From: Trichormus sp. ATA11-4-KO1
GTDB lineage: Bacteria; Cyanobacteriota; Cyanobacteriia; Cyanobacteriales; Nostocaceae
Direction: 5' to 3'
DNA: 64,000 nt
Assembly (NCBI GenBank): GCA_019358915.1
Contig: JAHHIM010000010.1
Span: forward strand, 32,001 to 96,000
Shown: in pieces, positions 41,927 through 53,812 of the stretch
Numbering within the stretch: position 1 is the stretch's first letter
Layout of the letters: the number at the start of each line of letters is the position of its first letter
Made by a program: the position numbers and the translations under genes
The notes under the pieces: generated by a model
Told to the model about the DNA's origin: nothing
The model's input: the letters and a program-made list of their open reading frames with translations, nothing else
Database searches by the model: none

Positions 41927-43309
41927 CTAAAACTTCTCCTTCACCATCAAACGTACGCCGCCATTTGGTGCAAATACTATACCACGGCGGACAGGTTTAA
42001 GAGGAACTTTTTCTAGTAACTCTAAGGAGTAATTGGAGAGGATTGTTGCCAAAACTATTTTCATTTCAAATAAAGCAAATGCCGCACCAATACAGCGACG
42101 ATTTCCACCACCAAAGGGTAAAAATTCATAGGGAGAAAACTGCCTTTCTAGGAAACGTTCTGGTCGAAAACGCTCAGGTTCTGGATAAATATCTGGGCGA
42201 TGGTGAGTTAAATAAATACATATTGATAACATCATGCCTTTTGGTAAATCGTAACCCATGAATTGCATAGGCGCTTTCAAAATACGTGGCAGACAGAAAA
42301 ATGCTACTGGGTAAATTCGCAGTGTTTCTGAGCAAACAGCGTTCAAATATGGCAGTTGAGTAATTACTGTCGGGTCTGCATTGACAACATCAATAGAGTT
42401 AAGTTCTTGCAACAGTTTTTCCCGCACTTCTGGGAGATAATGAACCCAATATAAAGCCCAAGCTAAGGCGATCGCCGTCGTTTCATGACCTGCAAATAAC
42501 ATAGTCATTAACTCATCGCGTAACTCTAAATCAGTCATGGCTTGGCCATTTTCATCGCGTGCAGATAATAACAAGCTAAGAATATCTTCACCTGGAGATT
42601 CAGGCTGATTACGGCGTTCACGAATTTCTTGGTAAATCAATTGATCAAGCTGCTGTCGGCGGCGGAGAAACTTTCCCCAAGGACTCCAAGCACCTAAATC
42701 GCGTTGCAAAGACTTAAAAAACAAAAAAACAGCACTCAAAGGAGAATTAAAAGTATCCAACATCGCCGTTAAGATTTGCTTGATTTGTTGGTATCGTTCT
42801 CCTTCTTTTAATCCAAAAACAGCACGTAAAATCACTTGCAAGGAAATATCTTGCATACGAGGACGAGCTACAAAAGTTTGTCCCACAGTCCATTGACTAG
42901 TGACCTGCTGAGTAATATCACGGATTAACTGACCATAAGCCCGCATCCGTTCACCGTGGAAGGGAGGCATTAAAAGTTTACGTTGTTGGAAGTGGCGATC
43001 GCCATCCAGCAAGATTAACGAATTAGCTCCTACAAGAGGTTGAATAATATTGTTTCCTGAACCTGAGTCAAACAGTTGAGGATCAGCCGTAAGCACTTCC
43101 TGGATTGCTGCAACATTACTAATAACTAGTTGTGGAGGAAAGTTAGTAAATTCTGATAATAAAATGTCACCATAGCGCCGTTGTGTTTCTTCTAAAAAAG
43201 ATATGGGGCTAACTATTCCTCGAATCGTTTGCAGCCATTTGGATGTGAAAATTTTCGGAGGAAGCTTAGGAATAGTTTGATTTTGAGAATTCTCTTCGAT
43301 GGTAATCAT
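41927..43309 (-). CDS. Cytochrome P450 (CYP110-like)
   Basis: AGHETT, ETLR, PERF, FGGGNRRCIG. Confidence 0.96.
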   Translation of the reverse strand: MITIEENSQNQTIPKLPPKIFTSKWLQTIRGIVSPISFLEETQRRYGDILLSEFTNFPPQLVISNVAAIQEVLTADPQLFDSGSGNNIIQPLVGANSLILLDGDRHFQQRKLLMPPFHGERMRAYGQLIRDITQQVTSQWTVGQTFVARPRMQDISLQVILRAVFGLKEGERYQQIKQILTAMLDTFNSPLSAVFLFFKSLQRDLGAWSPWGKFLRRRQQLDQLIYQEIRERRNQPESPGEDILSLLLSARDENGQAMTDLELRDELMTMLFAGHETTAIALAWALYWVHYLPEVREKLLQELNSIDVVNADPTVITQLPYLNAVCSETLRIYPVAFFCLPRILKAPMQFMGYDLPKGMMLSICIYLTHHRPDIYPEPERFRPERFLERQFSPYEFLPFGGGNRRCIGAAFALFEMKIVLATILSNYSLELLEKVPLKPVRRGIVFAPNGGVRLMVKEKF

Positions 43310-43314
43310 AAATT

Positions 43315-43875
43315 GGTAGTAGTGTATAGTAATGATTTAGCTTGCTAAATTAGCATTGTAGTGATGAACAAAATACCAAATAGCACCAATCAATATGGTT
43401 GTCCAGTATTTTAGAGAATGCAATGTTTTACGAACTAACCGTCCAACTCGTTGCCACAGTTGCCACAGAGTGTTATTAAATCTTTCAATATAGCTTGTCT
43501 TTCCACTATCTTTGCCTACCACTTTATGTTTTTTACTAGGTAGAATCTGTTCATACGCTTCCCAAAAGTCAGTGTAACAAATTGTACACTGACGATAGAC
43601 TAGTGGTAGAGATTGCCATAACTTTTTCGCTGACTGATGAGAGCGATCGCTGCCAATGAAAGCCGTTCAAGTAGTAGTTTGTCGATTAATTCACGTGTTG
43701 AGTTCTCCATCGGTTGCCGTGTTGCACTTTCGACAAATTTTCGTCCACAATTCTGGCATTTAAACCGTTGTTTTTCATAGTGAGTCCGCCCATTTTTGAC
43801 TATGTTGTTTGAGTTGCATCTAAGACAGTGCATAGCTCTTATATTGAAAGACACTTCTTCATTTTATCATTACAC
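43315..43875 (-). mobile_element. Defective IS1-family element (insA/insB remnants)
   Basis: InsA CxxC...KNG...QRFKCQNCG fused at a HIP1 site to InsB DRS..AKKLW...YTDFWEAY...YIERFNNTL. Has a 9-bp duplication and a frameshift. Ends approximate. Confidence 0.88.
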
Positions 43876-44267
43876 TGATTCGCGATTGCTGTATCAGATT
43901 TATTGGCAGAACTTTTCGCTGTTTTGTGTTGTCTGCTATACATTTACTCAATCCTCTATTTTGTTGTTATGCCAGCATAGAAGCTTTTACGGCATTGTGA
44001 TAAATTTTGCCCTAGCTTTAAATAGTTTTATTTATTCTTGTCTAATTATTTAAATAGCAAAAATTCATCATTAAACAAAGTAAAACGGTGCGCTTTTTGG
44101 TTAAAATTATCCAATGCACGAGAATTACTCAGTAGTGAATAAATACCTATTAAACATGATTTTTTGGTAATTATTCATTATTTATTACTTCAAAATGTCT
44201 GGTGACGTGCTTGCGTACTTCATTAGGCGTTTCTGTAATATTGCAAGAAGATTAGGAGGATAGCTAA

Positions 44268-45968
44268 ATGTATTCCGGACGCACACGAACATTCAAAACT
44301 TCGTCGTCAGATACACCAGCAACAAACCAGTTTGCACCACGTAAGTTTAAAGTACAGCCTTTACCTGAATTAGTTTCACCCCAGCAATCAACACCAGATT
44401 TACAACAGCAACCCGAAGCAACACCTGCGTCTGAATCACACTTTTACAAAGTGTCTATGTCTCCACGAGATTTAGTGCAAAAAAAGCCTAATTCTCACGG
44501 AATGAACTTAAAAATAGACCCAAACGTTCGGGCAAATGTTTTCGGTGAGACAGTTCAGCCAGATGTGCAAAAAAAAGCTGAGGTTGCCAATTTTACAGTT
44601 TCTTCACCAGCGTACCAGCCGCCACGATTACAAATGAAGCTGAGTATTGGTCAACCAGGGGATAAGTATGAGCAAGAGGCTGATAGAGTAGCCGCAGATG
44701 TGGTGCAACAAATTAATGCTCCTCAGCATTCATCTGTGCAGCGTGAAAAAATGCAAGATGAAGAAGAATTGCAAATGAAGCCGATGGTGCAGCGTGTTTC
44801 TGATGGTGGGATGGCTGCAACACCGGATTTGGAAGCATCAATTCAACGAGCAAAAGGGAGTGGACAGCCTCTATCAGATAATATCCGTCAACCAATGGAG
44901 CAAGCTTTTGGAGCAGATTTCAGTGGCGTTAAAGTTCATGCAGATGCACAGTCAGATGAGTTGAATCAATCAATTCAGGCAAAAGCATTTACCACAGGAC
45001 AGGATATCTTCTTTCGCCAGGGAGCATATAATCCTGGGAGTCGAGGAGGGCAAGAGTTGATTGCTCATGAGTTAACCCATGTAGTGCAGCAGAATGGAGC
45101 GACAGTGCAGCAAAAATCACTTGGTAAAGGCTCGGAAGGTCACTTGATGCACTTCGTTTCTCAAACCGATACCAGTAAGGCAGTAGTGCAGCGCGGCAGC
45201 CTTACCCAGGAGGAAAAAGACGCTATTAAGAAGAACATTTCACAGACAAGGAATTTTTGGCAAAACCTTAACGATACAGCAGGAGAGGAAACTGATATCG
45301 AAGAGAAAACTGACACCGACGAGGAAAGTGACACCGAAGAGAAAACTGATATCGAAGAGAAAAGTAACACCGAAGAGGAAACTGATATCGAAGAGAAAAC
45401 TGACACCGACGAGGAAAGTGACATTGAAGAGAAAACTGACACCGAAGAAGACTCTGACACTTGGGTTAAAGGAGTTGGGATGACAAAAGAAGCTGATAAG
45501 CCAAGGGATTGGTCTGATTTTGGTTCACAACTGCTTAGACAACTGAACCATGAACCAGCAAATGTCACAATTGCTACGTTGCAATCTATAACCGTCCAAA
45601 TGCTGAATCAAAACCTAGTGAAAGCACTAGAAAAGTACATAAATGTATTAGATAGAGACATGAACAGCAACTCAAACGACATAAATCAACTACAACGAAG
45701 AATAGACGAGGGAAGAAAAAAGGTAATAAAAGGCTATGTAAAACAAATTAAAAACCCCAAAAAGTTAAAGAAAAACTTAAGGCAACCTATTAAATCGCAG
45801 AAAACAGCAGTTAAAGCTTTATTACAAAAACGTAATCGAAATTACATGAATAAACTACAACAGGAAAATACGCAACTCATCCTCAAGAAGCAGGTAGTCA
45901 CCAAGTTACTCTTGGACTATCAACGCTGGCGGGAACAAAATAAATTCTTCTCATCTCATCGTAGATAA
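44268..45968 (+). CDS. DUF4157 (eCIS core domain) protein with acidic repeats and basic coiled-coil C-terminus
   Basis: QMKLSIGQPGDKYEQEAD, FGADFSGVKVH, AKAFTTG, AHELTHVVQQ, VVQR. Confidence 0.9.
   Translation: MYSGRTRTFKTSSSDTPATNQFAPRKFKVQPLPELVSPQQSTPDLQQQPEATPASESHFYKVSMSPRDLVQKKPNSHGMNLKIDPNVRANVFGETVQPDVQKKAEVANFTVSSPAYQPPRLQMKLSIGQPGDKYEQEADRVAADVVQQINAPQHSSVQREKMQDEEELQMKPMVQRVSDGGMAATPDLEASIQRAKGSGQPLSDNIRQPMEQAFGADFSGVKVHADAQSDELNQSIQAKAFTTGQDIFFRQGAYNPGSRGGQELIAHELTHVVQQNGATVQQKSLGKGSEGHLMHFVSQTDTSKAVVQRGSLTQEEKDAIKKNISQTRNFWQNLNDTAGEETDIEEKTDTDEESDTEEKTDIEEKSNTEEETDIEEKTDTDEESDIEEKTDTEEDSDTWVKGVGMTKEADKPRDWSDFGSQLLRQLNHEPANVTIATLQSITVQMLNQNLVKALEKYINVLDRDMNSNSNDINQLQRRIDEGRKKVIKGYVKQIKNPKKLKKNLRQPIKSQKTAVKALLQKRNRNYMNKLQQENTQLILKKQVVTKLLLDYQRWREQNKFFSSHRR
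45282..45461 (+). repeat. Coding tandem repeat, 10 x 18 bp (E-E-[EK]-[TS]-D-[IT])
   Basis: GAAGAGAAAACTGACACC-like units with a higher-order 90-bp period. Confidence 0.9.
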
Positions 45969-46076
45969 AATTTCCAGATAAATTTGCGAAGCACTTTTAA
46001 TTACCAGAACTCAAGTTTAATTTAGCGTATCCCACGTTCGCTTCACAGCCGAGTTTTTCACCAGGAAATACTTCTT

Positions 46077-48152
46077 TTAAATCCAGCCTTTCACTTCTGT
46101 ATCTGTTAAAGGGCGTTCTAATTTGGCATATTCACTCTTAGCCGCCTGTAAAATATGTTTCATCTCTACAGCTTCCCCAGCATCGGCTGCCAAAAAAGCA
46201 GCATTCAAGGCAATGTTACGAATATTACCACCAGATACATTTAACTTGGCCAACTTACTGGAGTCTAAATCTTGAGTTGGTGTTTGCTTGGGGAAAATGC
46301 GCTGCCAAATCTCCGTGCGCTGGTGGATATCTGGGAAGGAGAACTGCACAATAAACCGAATTCGGCGCAGAAATGCTTGATCTAAAGAACCTTTTAGATT
46401 AGTGGTCAAAATTGCTAAACCCCGATAGGACTCCATCCGTTGCAATAGATAGCCAACTTCAATATTGGCATGACGGTCATGGCTGTCTTTGACTTCGCTA
46501 CGCTTGCCAAATAAAGCATCAGCTTCATCAAAAAGCAAAATTGCTCCTCCTGTTTCCGCCGCATCAAACACCCGGCGCAAGTTTTTCTCTGTTTCGCCGA
46601 TGTACTTACTAACAACAGAACTTAAATCAATGCGGTATAAATCTAAACGCAACTCATCAGCAATTACCTCTGCTGCCATGGTTTTACCTGTGCCACTAGC
46701 ACCAGCAAATAAAGCGCTGATACCTAAACCGCGTCCTCCCTTATTGCCAAATCCCCATTGTTCATATACTTTTGCCCGTTGACGCACATGAGCAGCAATA
46801 TCTCGTAATATTTGACGCTGTAACTCTGGTAATACTAAATCATCCCAGGTAGCACCTGGTTCAATGGGTTGCGCCAACTCATCTAAACGCGGACGCGCCT
46901 GAGAACGGCAAGTATCCCATAAAAGAGTGCTGAGTGCGCTTGCCCTGAGCGAAGCCGAAGGGGAGTGCTGAGTGCGCTTGCCCTGAGCGAAGCCGAAGGG
47001 GAGTGCTGAGTGGTTTATTCCCTCCATCTGTCCATCTCCCCATCTTCCTCTGGCTTCGGTACAGACGGTGTGAATGGTGGCAGCATTGAGATTGAAGTGG
47101 GAAACTAAGGTGTCTATGTGACCGTTGAGGCTGGTGGTGGCTTCACCGAGGGCATTTTGCCAAATGGCTTTTTGCTCGGTAACACTGGGCTTGTGGACTA
47201 CGATAGTGATCAGGGGGCGTTGGGGCGATCGCCTTCTGTGATGACTACTGATAATTAAGGGACTGGGGATATTTTCAATTAAATAAGCGATCGCATTTTC
47301 TCTGGCTGGCTCTATATTGTCAACTTCATCACAATCCAGTAACAACGCGCTATTCATTAACCTATATTCGCGTTCCCACAAACGCAGTAAATCATTGATT
47401 TCGCTATGACGTAGGCTGGAAACTGCTCCGCCTGACATAATATGTAAGTTGATATTAAGTAGCTTACAGGCTGTAAAGGCGATCGCTCTTTTGCTGGCTA
47501 CTTCATCCCCACATAACTGGATAACTGGTATGATTGCTGCTGCTGTTTGTGCCCATGTAGTTGCTAATTGTTCAGCTAGTCGTTGATGAGAAGGCACATC
47601 TGCATGATATTTCACTACCAATGGTTCAATCACACCTCGTAGCCGTTGATCAAGATCAGTAAAACCCATGAGATAGTGTAATACCCGTTCATCAATTCTC
47701 AGTGGACTCAAGTTAAGAGCAGCACCTTCTGTGATGTGAATTAGTTGGCATTTCCGCAATGGTGAGGTAGGTGTGACAGCTTGCCAAAAAGCAGTTGGCA
47801 AAACTGCCATAGCTAAACTGAAGGTAGGATAAGGTTGTTTTGGGTGACTACCTTTGGTATTAGCACATAAAAAACCCCAATTTGCATCTGTTTCCATACC
47901 TAAACACAGTAGCAATATATCTCTTTCAAAGTCTGATAAACCGAAGATTTGGCAGAGAGTGGTGAGTGCTGGTGGGGGAAGATGGGATGGGTAAGTGGGG
48001 GGATGGGGGGAATTTGTATTGTTGCGATCGTCGGGTTTTAAAGCATGGCGAATTACAGTTATGGCATTCATTAAATAACGCTGGTTAGCTTCATACCATT
48101 CAGGAGAGTTAGTAGTTAAACGTAAATTGTGAGTTAATAACTCATCTTTCAT
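46077..48152 (-). CDS. AAA+ ATPase, eCIS Afp15/Pvc15-like
   Basis: FGLSDFE N-domain, GASGTGKT, SKYIGETEKNL, FDEADALFGKRSEVKDSHDR, DQAFLRR. Confidence 0.9.
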   Translation of the reverse strand: MKDELLTHNLRLTTNSPEWYEANQRYLMNAITVIRHALKPDDRNNTNSPHPPTYPSHLPPPALTTLCQIFGLSDFERDILLLCLGMETDANWGFLCANTKGSHPKQPYPTFSLAMAVLPTAFWQAVTPTSPLRKCQLIHITEGAALNLSPLRIDERVLHYLMGFTDLDQRLRGVIEPLVVKYHADVPSHQRLAEQLATTWAQTAAAIIPVIQLCGDEVASKRAIAFTACKLLNINLHIMSGGAVSSLRHSEINDLLRLWEREYRLMNSALLLDCDEVDNIEPARENAIAYLIENIPSPLIISSHHRRRSPQRPLITIVVHKPSVTEQKAIWQNALGEATTSLNGHIDTLVSHFNLNAATIHTVCTEARGRWGDGQMEGINHSALPFGFAQGKRTQHSPSASLRASALSTLLWDTCRSQARPRLDELAQPIEPGATWDDLVLPELQRQILRDIAAHVRQRAKVYEQWGFGNKGGRGLGISALFAGASGTGKTMAAEVIADELRLDLYRIDLSSVVSKYIGETEKNLRRVFDAAETGGAILLFDEADALFGKRSEVKDSHDRHANIEVGYLLQRMESYRGLAILTTNLKGSLDQAFLRRIRFIVQFSFPDIHQRTEIWQRIFPKQTPTQDLDSSKLAKLNVSGGNIRNIALNAAFLAADAGEAVEMKHILQAAKSEYAKLERPLTDTEVKGWI
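46925..47012. repeat. Two tandem 38-bp SDR+STRR units inside the ATPase CDS
   Basis: GAGTGCTGAGTGCGCTTGCCCTGAGCGAAGCCGAAGGG x2. Confidence 0.9.
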
Positions 48153-48342
48153 AATTAACCTGAGGGATAAGGAAAAGAACAGGTAGTCAGCTGATAACAA
48201 CGTTAAATCCAGCAACCTGCTCTATGTTTAGTTTAGATGCTTTATTTTGCCATGTAGATGATTTTTGTCAGAGTGAGATGATGACGATACTCATGGCATT
48301 TCATCAAAATCACTACCGGAATTTCCAGTATTTTTATCAATA

Positions 48343-48585
48343 AAGGCAGAGGGCAGGAGGCAGAAGGAATACTGTCCTCCGTCTTCTGCCGCGACCACTC
48401 GTGAGCAAGGGTCAAACCAATTCGCAATTACCAATAGAGCCTCCGGATGCCGCCAGGCTGTACGCAATTAAATCAGTGGGGGCTTGGACCCAAATTGGAC
48501 AAGGCGGGGCAGAGAGCACCAAATTTCTTTCCTTCTTCCTTATTTCTTCTCTTCCTTCTGCCCTCTGCCCTCTGCCCTCTGCCTT
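48343..48585. repeat. Dispersed element with inverted (GGCAGAG/A)n ends
   Basis: AAGGCAGAGGGCAGGAGGCAGAAGG...CCTTCTGCCCTCTGCCCTCTGCCTT. A lone ATTCAGCAACGCC MITE end follows at ~48698-48710. Confidence 0.5.
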
Positions 48586-48712
48586 CTTCAATTAAATCAA
48601 GTGAAACAATACTAAAATCGACGGAAGTCTTACCTCTAGCAGCAAAATCCTTAAACACCTTGTTTCTTGAGATGCGACGAACAAGAATCATCCCTTGATT
48701 CAGCAACGCCCG

Positions 48713-51094
48713 TTAATAAGGCCACTTCCAATCGCGAATTTCCGGCATATCTTCGCCGTACTCTTGAATGTAGTGCTTGTGTTCAATCAGCTTATCTTCT
48801 AACATTTGCTTGACATAAGCTGCTGTATATCCTAGTTTGGGCACGCGGTCAATTACGTCCATCACCAGATGAAAACGATCAAGATCGTTAAGCACAACCA
48901 TATCAAAGGGAGTGGTGGTAGTTCCTTCTTCCTTATAGCCACGCACATGCAAATTTTTGTGGTTAGTGTGGCGATAAGTTAGGCGATGAATCAGCCAGGG
49001 ATAGCCATGAAAAGCAAAAATGATCGGTTTGTCTGTGGTAAAAATCGTGTCGAAATCTTTACTGCTTAAACCATGGGGATGCTCACTTTGTGGCTGTAAT
49101 TTCATTAAATTCACCACGTTAACCACCCGCACCTTTAAGTCAGGGAAGTGCTGGCGCAGGATGTCAACTGCTGCTAAGGTTTCTAAGGTGGGAACATCTC
49201 CAGCACAAGCCATGACTACATCAGGTTCACTACCTTTGTCATTACTGGCCCATTCCCAAATGCTGATACCTTTGGTGCAATGTTTAATAGCTGCATCCAT
49301 ATTTAGGAATTGCAATGATGGTTGTTTACCTGCAACGATGACATTTACATAGTGGCGACTTCTCAGGCAATGGTCTGTTACTGACAGCAGTGTGTTGGCA
49401 TCGGGTGGCAGATATACGCGAATAATCTCGGCTTTCTTGTTAAGTACATGGTCGATAAAACCGGGGTCTTGGTGAGAAAAACCGTTGTGGTCTTGTCGCC
49501 AGACATGGGAAGTTAGTAAGTAGTTGAGAGAAGCAATAGGTCTGCGCCAAGGGATATGACGGGTAGTTTTTAACCATTTGGCGTGTTGGTTAAACATCGA
49601 GTCAATGATGTGAATGAATGCCTCATAGCAGGAGAAAAACCCGTGACGACCTGTCAGCAGGTATCCTTCTAACCAGCCTTGACAATTAGTTTCGCTGAGG
49701 ACTTCCATCACCCGACCGTTAGGAGATAAATGCTCGTCTTCTGGAAGGATTTCGGCTACCCAAGTCCGGTCTGTAACTTCCAGCACAGCATCTAGGCGAT
49801 TTGACGCTGTTTCATCAGGGCCGACAAGGCGAAAGTTGCGGTTTTCTGCGTTCAGTTTCATCACATCCCGCAAAAATTGTCCCGTCACTTTGGTAGCTTC
49901 GGCATAGCTTTTACCCGGTTGGGTAACATTCACTGCATAGTCCTGAAAGTCGGGCATTTTCAGGTCGCGCAGCAAAATACCGCCGTTGGCATGAGGATTG
50001 TCACCCATGCGCCGATGTCCTAGGGGAGCGAGTTCTGCTAGTTCAGGAATTAGTTTACCGTTGGTATCGAAGAGTTCTTCTGGTTTGTAACTCTTCATCC
50101 AGTCTTCTAGTAATTTTAGGTGTTCTGGGTTACCGAATACATTGCCAAACGGAACTTGGTGCGATCGCCAGAAATCTTCGGTTTTCTTGCCATCTACTTC
50201 CTTGGGACCTGTCCAACCTTTGGGGGTTCTGAGGATAATCATCGGCCATTGGGGACGTTTTTTGAAACCATGTACCCTGGCTTCTCTTTGGATGCTTTGA
50301 ATTTCGGCGATCGCAATATCTAAAATTGCTGCCATCTGCTGGTGAACGTCTGCGGGTTCGGCACCTTCCACAAAGTAAGGTTTGTAACCATAACCTAAAA
50401 ACAAGTTCTCCAATTCTTCATAACTCAACCGTGCCAGTAAAGTTGGGTTAGCTATTTTATACCCGTTGAGGTGTAATATGGGCAGGACTGCACCATCATG
50501 CACAGGATTGAGAAATTTGTTGGAATGCCAGCTAGCAGCTAAAGCCCCTGTTTCCGCTTCGCCATCACCCACTACAGCCGCCACAATCAAATCAGGGTTG
50601 TCAAAAGCAGCACCATAGGCGTGGACGAGGGCATAACCAAGTTCGCCGCCTTCGTGAATTGAACCGGGGGTTTCTGGTGCAACGTGGCTAGGAATACCAC
50701 CAGGGAAGGAGAACTGTTTAAAGAGTTTCTTCATGCCCTCAGCATCTTGGGAGATGTTTGGGTAGTACTCGCTGTAAGTACCTTCCAGGTAGGTATTGGC
50801 TACTAGTCCTGGTCCACCATGACCTGGCCCAGCGATATAGATTGTGTTGAGGTCGTACTTTTTGATGACTCTGTTGAGATGAACATAGATAAAGTTGAGT
50901 CCTGGTGTTGTTCCCCAGTGACCCAAAAGTCGGGGTTTGACGTGTTCCTGCTTTAATGGTTCTCGCAGCAGTGGATTGTCAAATAGATATATTTGCCCGA
51001 CTGAAAGATAGTTGGCAGCACGCCAGTAGGCATTTATTTTATGTAGTTCTTCATCTTTTAAAGGTTTTGTTTGTGGAGTACTTACTAAAGTCAT
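48713..51094 (-). CDS. xfp: Xylulose-5-phosphate/fructose-6-phosphate phosphoketolase
   Basis: [45 protein letters not shown]. Confidence 0.97.
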   Translation of the reverse strand: MTLVSTPQTKPLKDEELHKINAYWRAANYLSVGQIYLFDNPLLREPLKQEHVKPRLLGHWGTTPGLNFIYVHLNRVIKKYDLNTIYIAGPGHGGPGLVANTYLEGTYSEYYPNISQDAEGMKKLFKQFSFPGGIPSHVAPETPGSIHEGGELGYALVHAYGAAFDNPDLIVAAVVGDGEAETGALAASWHSNKFLNPVHDGAVLPILHLNGYKIANPTLLARLSYEELENLFLGYGYKPYFVEGAEPADVHQQMAAILDIAIAEIQSIQREARVHGFKKRPQWPMIILRTPKGWTGPKEVDGKKTEDFWRSHQVPFGNVFGNPEHLKLLEDWMKSYKPEELFDTNGKLIPELAELAPLGHRRMGDNPHANGGILLRDLKMPDFQDYAVNVTQPGKSYAEATKVTGQFLRDVMKLNAENRNFRLVGPDETASNRLDAVLEVTDRTWVAEILPEDEHLSPNGRVMEVLSETNCQGWLEGYLLTGRHGFFSCYEAFIHIIDSMFNQHAKWLKTTRHIPWRRPIASLNYLLTSHVWRQDHNGFSHQDPGFIDHVLNKKAEIIRVYLPPDANTLLSVTDHCLRSRHYVNVIVAGKQPSLQFLNMDAAIKHCTKGISIWEWASNDKGSEPDVVMACAGDVPTLETLAAVDILRQHFPDLKVRVVNVVNLMKLQPQSEHPHGLSSKDFDTIFTTDKPIIFAFHGYPWLIHRLTYRHTNHKNLHVRGYKEEGTTTTPFDMVVLNDLDRFHLVMDVIDRVPKLGYTAAYVKQMLEDKLIEHKHYIQEYGEDMPEIRDWKWPY

Positions 51095-51231
51095 ATTAAT
51101 TAAACTCCATGATAAAATTATTTCGACAAATTCATTAGTATGCCAGTTTAATCATCTGTGGTCAGAGGTTCATCTTACCCACGATGAATTTTTTTCAGTT
51201 GGCTACTGAAAAATTAGGCATCATATTCATC

Positions 51232-51353
51232 TATAGCAATCGTATCTGAGTGGGAAAATTACTTTTTTTAAACATATCGCTAAAGCTTAAAGCTCCGCTA
51301 AAGCGTAGCGCATATCGCCAAAACGCCAAGAATCACCCATTTAAGACTGCTAT
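51232..51353. mobile_element. Probable IS630-type MITE (TATAGCA termini)
   Basis: TATAGCAATCGTA...TTAAGACTGCTAT imperfect TIR. Confidence 0.45.
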
Positions 51354-51772
51354 GTTATGGTTGCTCAATCTCAGATGAATGTTTAAAAAAAGTTGATGGT
51401 GATCTCTATAAAAAAATACCAGAATCAGTATCTAAATAAATAGTTTTTAAGATTAAGTTTATGTTTTATTCACATCGATAGAGAATAATATGGCAATATA
51501 TTCAGAAATTATTATCACTCCAATTTATAAATATGTCTTTTGACAGAAGTTTATTATATGATTATCAGGTAATAAATCAAATAAGCCTAATCAACATGAC
51601 AAATGTGATGGCAGAAAGCCCTTAATGATATTGAGTGACATTGCCTTTGGCTGATAGTAATCGATGGTGAATTAAAGAAGGAAGTGCTGTTGGAGTCAGA
51701 GTATGAAGCTGATATTCCTTTAAAGAACCGCACCTAAAATAATTTTAAGGTTGGCTATGGAACCAACCTTAT

Positions 51773-51866
51773 TAGGACTTACGCAAAATACTTCTTTAAC
51801 TCTCATTCCTCCGTGTTCTCTGTGCCTCTGCGATACGATTCTTCCGTAACTTGTGCGTAAGTCCTA
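51773..51866. mobile_element. MITE with perfect 13-bp TIR
   Basis: TAGGACTTACGCA...TGCGTAAGTCCTA. Confidence 0.8.
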
Positions 51867-51922
51867 CTTATATTCCCCTCATATTTATAATTTTTTTGCA
51901 GCACCCTTTTTGGGTCTGATAC

Positions 51923-53536
51923 TTACTCTGAGATATTAACTAAAGTTTCAACTTGAGAAGAAGCTAAAGTTGGTGCTGTAAATATACGCGAGTACAAACT
52001 TGCTGGTTGCTGACGTGCGACAACTGGTAGAACTTGACGGGCATGGGCTGCTAGTTCTACTGTCTTCACATCATAAGTCTGCGTTGCCAATTTGGGATAG
52101 AAACCAATGCCGATGATGGGAACTATCAAACAAGCAGTGATAAACAATTCGCGGGGTTTGATATCGGCAATTACTGCATCTAAATGTAATTCTTCGCTTT
52201 GCTGACCGTAGAATACTTGGCGCAGCATGGACAGTAAGTAAATCGGTGTCAAAATCACGCCCACGGCTGACAACAGGATGATGACAACTTTGAAACTGGA
52301 ACTGTAAACATCGCTGGAGGCAATACCGAGGAACACCATCAATTCACCGACAAAGCCACTCATTCCAGGTAAAGCCAGAGAGGCCATTGAACCAACAGTA
52401 AACATTGCGAAGGTTCTGGGCATTACTTTCGCCATACCGCCCATTTTGTCCATCATCAAGGTGTGAGTACGTTCGTAAGTTACACCAGAGAGGAAGAATA
52501 AACTAGCAGCAATCAAACCGTGGGAAACCATCTGTAGCACTGCACCACTAGCACCAATTTCGGTGTAAGAGGCAATTCCGATTAAGACAAATCCCATGTG
52601 GGCAATTGAAGAGTAAGCCAAGCGGCGTTTGAGATTTGTTTGGGCGAAGGCACAGCAAGCACCGTAAACAATGTTCACTACACCCAACACTGCTAGGACT
52701 GGGGCAAAGTAAACATGGGCATTAGGCAACATTTCCACGTTGATACGGATGAGGGCATAACCACCCATTTTTAACAACACACCAGCCAAAATCATGGAAC
52801 CAGGTGCAGATGCTTCACCGTGGGCATCAGGTAACCAGGTGTGTAAAGGGAAAATTGGCAACTTCACACCGAAGGCAATCAAGAAACCTGCATAAGTTAA
52901 CAATTCAACAGCTTTGGGGTATTGCTTCATGCCCAGAGTTGCCATGTCGAAGGTGACGGTATCTCCAGAGAATGCCATGGCAAAACCAGCTACCAAGATA
53001 AATATTGATGCTGCAGCTGTGTAGAGAATGAACTTGGTGGCTGCATAACGGCGGTTTTGACCTCCCCAAATGGAAATCAGCAGGTAGACAGGTACTAACT
53101 CTATTTCCCACATCAGGAAGAACAACAGCAAATCTTGGGCGACAAATACACCAAGTTGAGCGCTGTACATCGCCAACATCAAACCATAAAACAATCGCGG
53201 CTTGTTGGTGACTTTCCAAGCCGCGAAGATTGCGAGTGTATTAATCAAACCTGTTAACAGGACTAGGGGCATCGATAAACCATCAACCCCGACTGCCCAA
53301 TTTAAACCTAGTTGTGGAACCCAAGTATAATTTTCTACGAGTTGCAGTGTGGAGTTTTGGAAATCGTAGCTATGCCAAAAAGCATAAATCATCAGGGCAA
53401 AGTCGGCGATCGCAACTCCCAGAACATACCACCGAACGGTTTTGCCTTCTTTATCTGGGATTAAAGGGATGGCTAGGGCAGCCACCAAGGGCAATAAAAC
53501 TATGGCTGACAGCCAGGGAAATTCAATAGCATTCAT
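51923..53536 (-). CDS. ndhD: NAD(P)H-quinone oxidoreductase subunit 4 (NdhD2-like)
   Basis: [52 protein letters not shown]. Confidence 0.96.
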   Translation of the reverse strand: MNAIEFPWLSAIVLLPLVAALAIPLIPDKEGKTVRWYVLGVAIADFALMIYAFWHSYDFQNSTLQLVENYTWVPQLGLNWAVGVDGLSMPLVLLTGLINTLAIFAAWKVTNKPRLFYGLMLAMYSAQLGVFVAQDLLLFFLMWEIELVPVYLLISIWGGQNRRYAATKFILYTAAASIFILVAGFAMAFSGDTVTFDMATLGMKQYPKAVELLTYAGFLIAFGVKLPIFPLHTWLPDAHGEASAPGSMILAGVLLKMGGYALIRINVEMLPNAHVYFAPVLAVLGVVNIVYGACCAFAQTNLKRRLAYSSIAHMGFVLIGIASYTEIGASGAVLQMVSHGLIAASLFFLSGVTYERTHTLMMDKMGGMAKVMPRTFAMFTVGSMASLALPGMSGFVGELMVFLGIASSDVYSSSFKVVIILLSAVGVILTPIYLLSMLRQVFYGQQSEELHLDAVIADIKPRELFITACLIVPIIGIGFYPKLATQTYDVKTVELAAHARQVLPVVARQQPASLYSRIFTAPTLASSQVETLVNISE

Positions 53537-53812
53537 CACTTCTGACAATCAATTTACCTTTTTACTTTTAATTACATTATATTAAGGAATCGTTACTTTT
53601 GTAAATGTTATTTATCCCTAATCCCGGTTTTTTGCAAAAATTTTAGGAATAAATACTCATTGATTCCCGTCAAGCCTATTCTAATTGTAAACTTTTGCAA
53701 CGTCAACAAAAAAAATAATAAAAAAGGCGGCTAAAGCCACCGTTTAAAGTTATGATATTCAATGGTTTGCATAGATACGGATAATTTGATCAAACCGCAA
53801 AGAGTGCCAAGT

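Noticed and set aside
45282..45461. Regular repeats as a possible second CRISPR array
   Set aside because: Contiguous in-frame 18-bp coding units without unique spacers.
53553..53600. HLR1 (RpaB)-like TTTACTTT-TA-ATTACATT upstream of ndhD
   Set aside because: Several mismatches in very AT-rich DNA; not distinguishable from chance by eye.
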